The notes under the pieces: model-generated
Databases searched by the model: none
The model's input: the letters and a program-made list of their open reading frames with translations, nothing else
Told to the model about the DNA's origin: nothing
Position numbers and translations under genes: made by a program
Shown here: positions 26,701 to 36,000 of the stretch, one piece after another
Layout of the letters: each line of letters begins with the position of its first letter
Position numbering within the stretch: position 1 is the first letter of the stretch
From: a virus
Direction: 5' to 3' (one strand)
Virus record (IMG/VR): IMGVR_UViG_3300045988_132810
Span: 32,001-96,000 of that record
Length of the DNA: 64,000 bases

Positions 26701-28866
26701 ATTTAATTCATTTATTGTTAAAATGTTTCCATCCAAATTATATCCCTGCTGCTTCTCGCCATTTACCATTACGGACACAATTTCCTTGTCGTCATCATCG
26801 GATAAATCAAACTGCGTATCAATTGATTCAACTCTAATAGTATCTCCTACGGACAAGCCATTGATAGTTAGTTGTGCCCCGTCCAGTTCATACTTAGAAA
26901 AGTCCGTGTCATTTATCTCCACGGAAACGACTTTGTCTCGAAGTTTTTTTAAAGTAAAACGATTTTGAATATATTCTACTTCAATAATGCTTCCATATTT
27001 TATTGCGTCAGTGTCATTAATAGTAATAGTTGACCCAGTAGTGTTCACAGTATATTTAACATCATTTTCATCCACTTTAACAGCAGCTATTGCATATCCG
27101 CTTGGAATAGACACCTGAACGCTTGTAAACAATGTGCCATTTGGTGTGCTGATTTTTATTTCGTCTCCAACAGATAACGAGACATTGATTGTTAAATATT
27201 TTTCATTGCCATTTGTCACATAAGAATATTCAGATGACATCAACTCACGAGCGCCATTAATAATAATCTTGCTGTCTTTTGTAATCACGCTCTCTATTAC
27301 GAACTTATTCTCACATGTGATTACTTCAACTGTATTACCAGTTGTTAACAAAGACTTATTAGTGATTTCTAATTTGTTGTTTGAATATTCATAGTTGGTG
27401 TTATCTACTTCTTTGCCTTCAATTTTTACAATGCTATTCTCATTAAAGTTAAAATCTGAGGGAAGAGTAAATATATACGAGCCATCGAAAGTGAAAGTTG
27501 CAACATCTTCTTGTGCAGTGATCGTTTCGACCTGCATATTTGGCTCATTAAAAGTTTCATTTTTGCTATTAACGGCAATCTCTTCAATCTCGCTGTTAAT
27601 TTTATATTCCTTAATAACTTTATCTATATTATATGAAACTGTATCTCCATTTACATTGAATTGTTCTTGTGCGCTTTGTACGGGGAGCTGTTGTACAACG
27701 CCAGCGACAAAATCCTCGCTCGTCGTCTTTACATCAAAATACTCTTCTGTTGATCCGCTGATATCCTTGCTATAAAACCCACTCATGTACTTAGACTGCT
27801 TGTCCATATAGTATTTATATTCTTGGTACAAGCTATCTCCCATCCACTCTGGAGTGCAATAATAATCTAAATTCATAATAGAAGGTAGTCCAAAGTTAAC
27901 ATTTCGAATATCTAAATCATCCGACCCTTTAACTGTAAGAACGGTCTTTATATCATCTGCCGAATAATTAACTTTCATATCATTTGATAAATTTTCAAAC
28001 GCAATAATAACATCAGTATCATATTTATGCTTAAATTCGTTAGAAACTTCAATAATGTCTCCTTGCGCAGGTACATTATCAAAAGACAATTCTTTTGTAG
28101 TCAAATTGTATTTATACTCTGTGACAACATGGCCATTAATTGTGATATCAGTATCTGTAGAAATATCATTTTGTAAATTGAAAATGTTCGTTTCTCCATC
28201 TCCAATAAAGCGTTCAACTTCATTTTCTGCATAAATGCTAATTGTATTATTAATTGTGTCGAACTCAACATAACATTTAAATGTTTCGCACATATCATTC
28301 ATAATGAAATCATAAATGGACTGACGATCAATTTCAAAACTACGGCTCTGTTTTGCTAATTCTTCATCAACATGTCCTACTGTCCACCCATATGCTTTTT
28401 GTAAAACAAGATGAATTAAACTATGTTCGATATCATCTGGATTATATAGAACGGCTCCATCAATACTACCAACAGTATCTCCAACGTCGCCTTCGTTGAT
28501 AATGAAATTTTCAAGATATCTTTGAGACAGAGAATACTCTAGAGAATAGGCATTGATATGTTTATACTCTTGAATACCATTTCCATCAATTTCTGGGTCT
28601 TGCAATTGGAAATAACCAAATCCCTCTAGATATACAAGCCTAAGTCCTTCAACATAATCATAGTACGGCGTTGGCTTTGTCTCTCCAGTAATAATATCGC
28701 AATAAATAGAAGGAACATCAAATGAAATTTCACTATATGCGTTAAATTTGAAAGTGCCTTCTAGATTAGTCACATTTAATTTACAAATCTTTTCTTTATT
28801 TGTCTGGCACAAAACTACATTAGGGGCACGATAAGTGTCAGACAATAAATCTTTTGGTAGTTGCAT
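23770..28866 (-). CDS. tail-associated (Tal-like) baseplate/minor structural protein
   Basis: About 1700 aa, immediately downstream of Dit and the tape-measure gene. The start is ATG 28866 or GTG 28875. Has a central array of about 10 divergent 45-55-aa repeats and a C-terminal coiled coil. Confidence 0.7.
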   Translation of the reverse strand: MQLPKDLLSDTYRAPNVVLCQTNKEKICKLNVTNLEGTFKFNAYSEISFDVPSIYCDIITGETKPTPYYDYVEGLRLVYLEGFGYFQLQDPEIDGNGIQEYKHINAYSLEYSLSQRYLENFIINEGDVGDTVGSIDGAVLYNPDDIEHSLIHLVLQKAYGWTVGHVDEELAKQSRSFEIDRQSIYDFIMNDMCETFKCYVEFDTINNTISIYAENEVERFIGDGETNIFNLQNDISTDTDITINGHVVTEYKYNLTTKELSFDNVPAQGDIIEVSNEFKHKYDTDVIIAFENLSNDMKVNYSADDIKTVLTVKGSDDLDIRNVNFGLPSIMNLDYYCTPEWMGDSLYQEYKYYMDKQSKYMSGFYSKDISGSTEEYFDVKTTSEDFVAGVVQQLPVQSAQEQFNVNGDTVSYNIDKVIKEYKINSEIEEIAVNSKNETFNEPNMQVETITAQEDVATFTFDGSYIFTLPSDFNFNENSIVKIEGKEVDNTNYEYSNNKLEITNKSLLTTGNTVEVITCENKFVIESVITKDSKIIINGARELMSSEYSYVTNGNEKYLTINVSLSVGDEIKISTPNGTLFTSVQVSIPSGYAIAAVKVDENDVKYTVNTTGSTITINDTDAIKYGSIIEVEYIQNRFTLKKLRDKVVSVEINDTDFSKYELDGAQLTINGLSVGDTIRVESIDTQFDLSDDDDKEIVSVMVNGEKQQGYNLDGNILTINELNPSDRVVINLVNNKFESQQYDKQILSVKINSQKVNYTFSDNVVTVSNLDLLFSGEQIVIEFVPKSFSLSLPKDKIVSVLVDGKEIGVKQYEYDYSIKKLTISLDNLLINSSVVVASIDTHFDVKQLSANENIAAVCILRHSNDGKTQELTVDVNDYTYDKNENSLVVNDSRLSQDDIVLFKTINKSFVVSNSNKALTSVRINDNITEDYTFNSSILTITTSLGIGDTVSAEFLDNHFMLQNDIGSKHIVEKKSPDSMLTETISEGEDGYLYDKTKKTLTVYAALENGDKLIVKTIEAENALSVVESNAGDGKILRTDVSPKLDSYEPKAGDYVVWVEGYTETLKRLYELIDSRLTEENSVPDEYKITEKIVTPENFEQAGLYLPEASIDNLGEVYKIVNQDNNGNEVASKYYVCEIKVSIVKNKQTGKDEQKYTYVWNERNLVVGAEGINSLKETKDIYLSIQDVQIAAEWDKKDADSDEYKAYINNLNKLNAINKELENKQKKVEDIQAEIQKVNDEITLISEDISVNKNFTPENLDRLSLFLREDEYSDDCFYVSEIDTDLDKINTQKELLVAGQKELKKISQPKLSFSASMRNIYAMPEFAPILNQFSLGNFVKVKMRDDFIKKARLLEVQLNFSDLSNFSCTFGDLLSAKDQGDIHADLLSQAVSAGKAVASGSSYWQKGYDVATAIDERIRNGLIDATTSIKSNSAGQSVSWDNYGIHLRKVVDGVLDNHEGWITNNKFLYSDDNFQTTKSVFGNYTIDGEEYWGILAGCVRAGLVEGSSIVGGQICIGEQEDGSYAFMVDKDGTVTMNKGDAAEKLSFFSFDGDNGLVVGENNGSGEYFSRVSAQRIEFCRKARIITVESEPTQSNRYNNYDYILYIHQENNDTYYDYYKNPDFLSAQYKPISSIGENFADPEIKFGIPITYFANDTAYMKQAEIDGSLKVGTEEKLSSISLGNFKLQIESNGSLSIVAIQ

Positions 28867-28884
28867 TTCTTTCACCTGCCTTTA

Positions 28885-29976
28885 TTATGAAATACTTACT
28901 TGTCGTATAGGTTTATTAATAATTAACTCTCCGTTTACGACCTCTGCATCAAATTCATTAAATGGGCATACGCTTCCATCGTCTTCAAGCGTAAGTACAC
29001 CATTGGAGACGTCCGTACCAATTTCTAGCTTCACGTCCTTGAGTTCTCCTCTTACAATCATTTTGTGTCCCTCAACTTTGATATTAGTCCAAATTGGAGG
29101 GTTCTTAGTTGTGTCGCCTTTGATTTTTAATACCTTGCCTTCTACCCAAACGGTTAAGCCATCTTTAAGGTCATAATCATTTAGCAGGCCATCTGCTACT
29201 TTCATTGGATATCTAAACTCAATTTTTAATGTTCCGGTACCATTCGCGGAAAAATAATTAGTTCCGGGGAGCAACGTTGGAAACATAAAATTGAAATCAT
29301 CGTCAAAGATTCTCTTCTCATTCGTAGAATATACAACAAAATTATTATCTATTGTAACTGTTTCGTCCTGTTGTAAATTCTTAAACTCCGTCTCATTATT
29401 CAATGATTTGTTTTTAATGAGTAAATTTCCATGAGATGAGCCATTCTGAAATGTTAACTTTGGATAAATATAAGAATAAACGTCATCACTTTGGTTGTCT
29501 ATTGCGAATTCAGTCTCTCCTGCAATTTTGATTTCTACAGGATATACTTTTGAATACGCCCACGGACTTACTGCAGTAAATGTTGCTACGATGCCAATAA
29601 CTCTTGCATCCATCTTCTGAAGCTGCACATTCGTGAATCTACCAAGATATGAGCACACAACATCACCATCTTTGTCGCAGACATCCATCCATGCGTTGCT
29701 TCTAGAACCAGTAAGCCAACGCAATGTGTTTCTAACCTTGTATGGGCCAATATCAGACCCGTCTACTTCGATAAATGTTACAGACGGAGTTGCGACAGAA
29801 TTATATTTCGCACCATAGTCTGTGCGCATTGTACCATCATAGCTATCAGTAAAAACAGGCTCCATATCTAAGTATGAATCCACTGTCCCGTTATCTGGAT
29901 TGAATGTACTTACTACAAGCTCTAAATCATAATTTGTTTGATTGCGGAAACGAATTTTAGGATGATATATCGCCAA
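28885..29976 (-). CDS. distal tail protein (Dit-like)
   Basis: 363 aa with a TTG start after AGGAGGTG. Canonical position between the tape-measure gene and Tal. Confidence 0.6.
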   Translation of the reverse strand: MAIYHPKIRFRNQTNYDLELVVSTFNPDNGTVDSYLDMEPVFTDSYDGTMRTDYGAKYNSVATPSVTFIEVDGSDIGPYKVRNTLRWLTGSRSNAWMDVCDKDGDVVCSYLGRFTNVQLQKMDARVIGIVATFTAVSPWAYSKVYPVEIKIAGETEFAIDNQSDDVYSYIYPKLTFQNGSSHGNLLIKNKSLNNETEFKNLQQDETVTIDNNFVVYSTNEKRIFDDDFNFMFPTLLPGTNYFSANGTGTLKIEFRYPMKVADGLLNDYDLKDGLTVWVEGKVLKIKGDTTKNPPIWTNIKVEGHKMIVRGELKDVKLEIGTDVSNGVLTLEDDGSVCPFNEFDAEVVNGELIINKPIRQVSIS

Positions 29977-30015
29977 GATATCACACCTCCTACTAACTAC
30001 TTGAAATTATATAAA

Positions 30016-30043
30016 TAGGAGAGAGCTGTTGTGCTCTCTCCTA
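30016..30043 (-). terminator. hairpin / possible terminator-attenuator after the tape-measure gene
   Basis: 11-bp stem TAGGAGAGAGC/GCTCTCTCCTA, followed on the - strand by a T-rich tract. Confidence 0.45.
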
Positions 30044-30053
30044 TAATTTTGTG

Positions 30054-33000
30054 TTATCTAACACGATTATAAAGCTTTTTATTGATATTTTTCATATAAT
30101 TGTCCATCTGGTCTTGCACCGCCTTGGTAATGTTCTGGATGGAACTATTATCTGCTCTGTCAATATGGACAACCTCTCCGACTTGGAGGTTCAACTCAAG
30201 ATTGTTGTTAATAACATGAGGCGCACTAACAACAGGTCTAGATTGCTCTAGAACACTAGATGGATCTAGTTTGCCCCATTCCATAAGTCTTTCTGTTAGG
30301 TCTGCAGGAATAATTCCTGTTCCTTTCTTAATATAAGAAAGCCTACCTGCACCGTCTGGAACAAGCTGCAACTCTTCACCAAGCTCGTCAAGGAATGCGA
30401 ACTGGTCTTTATCAATTGATTTAGCTCCACTACTGTAACCCTCTATGTCGCTCAGACGCACCCAGCCAGTGTAGCCACCATTTCTGCCAATGAGAACTTC
30501 CGAGTCGGTTGCCTGATAAACTGTAAATGTAGATCCCGGCACCCAAGACTGCATTCTTGTTCCGTTTCCACCATCTCTAGAGAAGTGAGTCGCTGAACTC
30601 TTAACAGTTACAGATGACCCCTTAGTTGGGGCTGCTGGAGTGGATGGCTCAGTAGCTGGTGATTGCTGCGGCGTCGAAGGAGTTGGCGGAGTATACTTCG
30701 CGCTCTCAGTCGAATTCTTCTTGCTATTTGTGGCCTTAATTATGCTATCTGCGGTCTTATCAGCCTCAACTTGTAAATCTACAAGCTCTTGTTTTAATGC
30801 GCGTAATTGCTCAGTAAATGCGCTCGCAGAAGTGTCTAATTGCTCCTGATAAGTACCAATGGCATCTACGCCTTCCAGCCAAGGCTTAGTTACAGAATCA
30901 GAAAGAGTGATTCCATACTTGTCGGCTATTTCAGATAGGTTTTGTGCTAATGAATCTGTATTCGCAGCGATAACAGCATAGCTATCTTGAATGACTTGGT
31001 TCTCATTCTTAAGCGATTCATCAAGCGCATCCATTTCGTCTTGCTTGTTGTCTTGATAATTCTCAAGAGACTTGTCAAGGGCTTCTTGCTGCTTTTCAAT
31101 ACTATGGTCATAATACAGGTCGTTTAACTCGTCTTGCGCTTGCTTCAGTTCGGCTTCTAATTTTTTCTTCTGCGCAATTGCGGAAGCTGAATTGTCGCCA
31201 GAAATTACTGCAAGCCTCTTCTGAATGTCTGCAATATTCTTCTGCTGCTCGGCAACTTGCTTCGCAAAGTCATTTGCATCTTTTTGGAGGCTAAGTTCCT
31301 CTTTCTTTTTATCTATAAGCTTCGAAAGAGCGTCTATCTCCGCCTGCATAGATGTTTTGACACTTTCTATACGAGTCTTATTCAGATCAATAATAGACTT
31401 CTTCGCGGATTCTTGCGCCTCAATTGCGTCCCATTGATTCTCTTTAAGCTCGGCAAGCTTTTCGTTATACTCATCTGTGCTATAAAGCCCAGCGGAATAA
31501 TCTTTCTCCAGACGTGCAATCGCTTCGCCGTATTGCTCAACTTTAAAGTTTGCAACTTCTAGCTGCTGTGCAAGTAGACCAAGAGCAGTCACGCCATCTT
31601 TAGTCCAATTGCCAAATTCGTCTACTACTTTTTCTTCGTCAGAAACCAAGTTATACAAATGAGAAAGCTCAGAATCAACATTATCAATTTTGCTAATTAA
31701 CTTGTCAAGATTATCCCAGTAAAGGTCATTAATACTATTCTGGAAGCCTTCGATATCTTTCTTACATGAAAGGATTGAGTCGTCAACGTCATAAATGGCG
31801 TTAACCATTTCGTACCAATCATCAGTTCCAACTCTAACATCTCCAGAAGCGACAGCTTGATCTAGGATACTTTGTAGTGAAGCACGCTTATTATTTAGGT
31901 CTTCAATTTGCTTCTGAGAGTCTTTCATTAATTCCTTATAGAAGTTTTCAGAAAGTCTTTCTCCCGCTTCGTCAAGAAGATCCATCTCGGCCTGAATGAG
32001 GTTTGAGTGCTGTTCGACTAAACCAACAATATTCTCAAAGTCATCCGCAATATCATTTAGCTGTTCAAGACGTTTAGCGGAAATTTCAGCAATAGATTCT
32101 AGATAGCTATTCTCTGCATCTTCTGCTTTTGTAGACCATGTACGATATTCTTCAATGGCATCAGCAATTTCGCCTTCGCTTTCCCCGATAAAGTCTTTAA
32201 TTGCGATAGCGCCGTTCTTTGCCATTTCTTGATACTCGGCGGGAACTTTAGACAGTAGCTCCGTTGCCTTCTGGTTGTAAAGCTCTGCTGCAGCAAAATA
32301 TGTAGATGCTTTCTGTTTTTCTGCTCCGACTAAGTCATCATATAAGCTGTTCTTATCTCCAATTTGAGAAGTATCGTCAAGGAAATTCTCAATTCTATTG
32401 GTCATATGAGTAATTGCCTTCTCGATTTCTTCAAGCTTATATTCAATAAAGTCAATGGTTTGCTCTGCATCATCGGCTGCGTCAGATACATCACTTGCCG
32501 CATCAGATAGGTCACTAGCAGCATCACTTAAGTCCCAACCCATTTGAGACCAGTCTTTGTCACTGCCATCTCCCCACGCAGCATTCGCTCCAGTGTCAGT
32601 TTTCTTTGTATAAGTACCATAATTCCAGTGAGCATTGCCTTTAGCAAACGACAAGCCGCCAGTGTATGTCCCACGAGACGTGTACCCATTCTTTAATAAC
32701 TCTTCTGTCTGCTTGTGGTTATAGATTATTGCACCCTTCGGCAAATCAAGCATTTCCGTGCCATGTTCTCCAACAGTATAATAAACGCCCTTGTTTGCGT
32801 CTACTACTAGTTCACGACCAAGCTCGCCTACAATGGCATTGTGCTCATTTGCTTTTAATCCGGGCTTCTTGCCTGAATGCGCATTGCCTTTTGCCAAAGC
32901 ATTTCCAAGCGCACTAGACGCACCGTCAGGATTATAGCCACTTCCGCTTTTTGCATCTTCACGACCTTGTGTAAATTTACTCTTCAGGTTGTTCCAAAAA

Positions 33001-36000
33001 TTTCTCGCTTGTGTACTAATCCAAGAAGAAACCGATTCCCAAAGACCATTAATGGCACTAGGAACAGTTTCTGTGAAGAATGTAGAAATGCCAGTTTTAA
33101 TATTTTCTAAAGTAGTAGGTACTGTTTCTGTAAGAAATGTCCCGACTCCTTCCCAAAATTCATTCCATTTTGTCGGAAGCGTTGCTGTAAAGAATTCTAA
33201 AATCTTTTCTCCCGCTGTGACCAACGCTGGGCCAATCACTTCATCAACATAAGTGCCGACACTCTCCCAGAAAGAATGCCATTTTTCAGGAACTGTCTCG
33301 GTAAAGAATCCATACACGCTATCCCACGCCGCGCTTAAGGCTGGCGCGATTGTGCCATCAATATATTGGCCAACGCTAGTCCAAAATTCACTCCATTTTG
33401 TAGGAATTGTTGTCGTGAAGAACTCAACAACTTTATCTTTCAAAGCAATAGCGTCTTCTTTTAAATTGTTTAATTCTTCGCCAACACCATCCCAAAATTC
33501 ATCCCATTTTTCTGGAATAGTTTCTGTAAAGAATGTAACTACCGCATCTTTAAGATCGCTTGCCCATTGTTTTACTTTGTCGAAATCTTCACTAACATTA
33601 TCCCAAAACTCTCCCCATTTCTCAGGGACAGTCTCTGTAAAGAATTCTTCCACTTTCGCAGATATATATCCAACTGCGTAAGGGATGTCGCCAAGGAATT
33701 CCCCAACACTTCCCCAAAACTCGTTCCATTTTTCTGGAATCGTTTCGGTAAAGAATGTATTAACGCCTTCTTCTACATTAGCAGCCCAATCTTTTACTCC
33801 GTCAAGACATTCGCCAACACCGTTCCAGAACTCATCCCATTTTTGAGGCAATGTGTCTGTGAAAAATGTATTTATGTCTTCCCATAGTCCTTGCGCCCAT
33901 TCTTCTGCACCAGATAATTTGTCTCCAATACCGCTCCACAAATTGTCCCATACAGTTGGCAATGTTTCTGTAAAGAAAGTAGATATGCCACTCCAAATAT
34001 TGTTGGCGAATTGCTGTACCTCAACAACCACCTCGTCCACTAATGCGTTCCAACCTGCAATTACTTGATCAGGGCTTTGTGCTTCAAATCCCGTAACGTT
34101 GGAAGTAGAAGTTGTGCTTGCACTTTTTTCAGTACTCGTCGAAGTTGTACCAGAGCTTGTTTTTGTTGTATCAGTTGTTTTAGTATCTTGCTTCTTGTTT
34201 TTGTCTGGAGATTGAATGGCATCCAAAATGTTGTCAAGGACTTCTTTGACCTGAGTTATTCCATCAGTTATTGGGTCAACTTCTTGATTAGTTAACACCT
34301 CAAGTTGTTGTTCGTCATTTTTTAAATCAACATATTCTTGAATCTTCTGTTGCTGATCTTCGTCTAATTCAAGCGTTGCCGGGATCTTCCAAACGCCATC
34401 TTTATCTTGCTCTAGCTTTGGAACTACCTCAGTAACTAGAGTTGCATTTTCTTCTTTCCACTGATCAATTTTAGATTGGACATCAGTCAATACAACCTGA
34501 AAATCCATTACGGTTGGCTGTTCTAGACCATATTTAATTTTTAAAGCTTCTGCTAACTGCTCTTTTGCTTTTTCGAGCTCATCCGTCTTTATTTGGATCT
34601 CTTCATCCGAAGCTCCAGCATCTTTTAACTCTTGTAATTCTCTTGTAAGTGTTGATACATTTTCTTTTGCAGTATCAACGGTATTGTTTGCATCGATCCA
34701 AGCTTTTGTATTGTCAACAATTGCCTGCTGCGCATTATTCAACGAATCTGTAGCGCCATCAATTTCTTGCTGAATCGCATTATATTCTTCTGCATTTTCG
34801 CCAAGTGGATCTTTACCAGCCTTGAAAAACTCTTCTTGCTTCGCAAGTGCCTTGTCCAAAGAGTCGGTAGTATCTCTAAGTTTTTTGTCAAGTTCTGTCA
34901 TAGTTAGGTCAGAAACGATATCTCCCCAACTTGCATCATATTTTGACAGCTCTGTCAACATTGCAATAGTTGCGGCCTTTGTTAATCCCATTGCATTTGC
35001 AAGGTCGTCAACGCTCTTTATACTACTATCAAGAGTAAATGTGCCGTCCGCATTTTCAATAAAAGCACTAGCTTCTTTCGCGTCGGCAATAAATGCTTCT
35101 ATGTTCTTTAAGCCTATTGAAAAATTTCCATCATCATCAATAGTGAAATAGTCTGCAAACTTTGAGTTTTCAAAATAATCATCAATGGCGTCAAGACGTT
35201 CTTCAAAAGTTTTACAGTTTGCAATGACGCTCGGAGGAACTAATGCCTCACATGCCGCCTTAAATGCTTCCGTCCCAACTTTGCCACTCAACAATCCGTC
35301 GCTAATGGTCTCAAGCATTTCAACCATTGAGTCGCCATACGCCATTTCTGAATCTCTGTTTTTGGCATCTTCAAATTCATCATATGCATTGGTAACATCT
35401 GATAATTTCAACTCTAAAATTGAATATTCTTTAACTGCATTCTTGAGTGCTTGTATCTGACTACGCAGCGCGCTAATATTATCATAAGTTGCTTTTGTAA
35501 CATATCCATACGCCTTGTAATCCGCATACATTGCCTTAACAGCCTGTTGTAGTTGTTTTACAACTTTTGTATACTGCGACTGACTTTGTGCTTTCGCCGC
35601 ACTTACTGTTGCCTTTTGTTCTTTTTTCTTCTGTGCAATTAATGCTCTTAATAGACGTGTATTCTTAACGACCTTGCCATTCGTAGTATCAATTGCGTCA
35701 CCGAAGCTCTCTTCGCCAACAGTTACATCTCCAAGATACTCTTGGAGTGCAGTATAATAATCGTCAGAAATCGCTTGCCCGTCAAATGTTATGTCATTAA
35801 CTGTCTGTAACACTGACGCATACGAATCATAAGCAGAAGTAAGGCTTGCTATGTCGCTAACAGCCACAGAAGTGGCTTCACTAGTCTGTTGCATAGCACC
35901 GCTAATGTTCAAGAAATATCTTGCAACATCTTCTGCACTAATTCCAAGAGAGTCTAATTGTACTTTAAACTGTGGATTTTCAGCAATTAAGCTCTCAACC

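Noticed and set aside
32666-34295. A stack of + strand ORFs (for example 33253-33681 at 142 aa and 33567-33887 at 106 aa) antisense to the tape-measure gene.
   Set aside because: They are shadow ORFs created by the in-frame tandem repeat array. They have repetitive low-complexity products, no ribosome-binding sites, and are fully nested in a strongly supported - strand gene.
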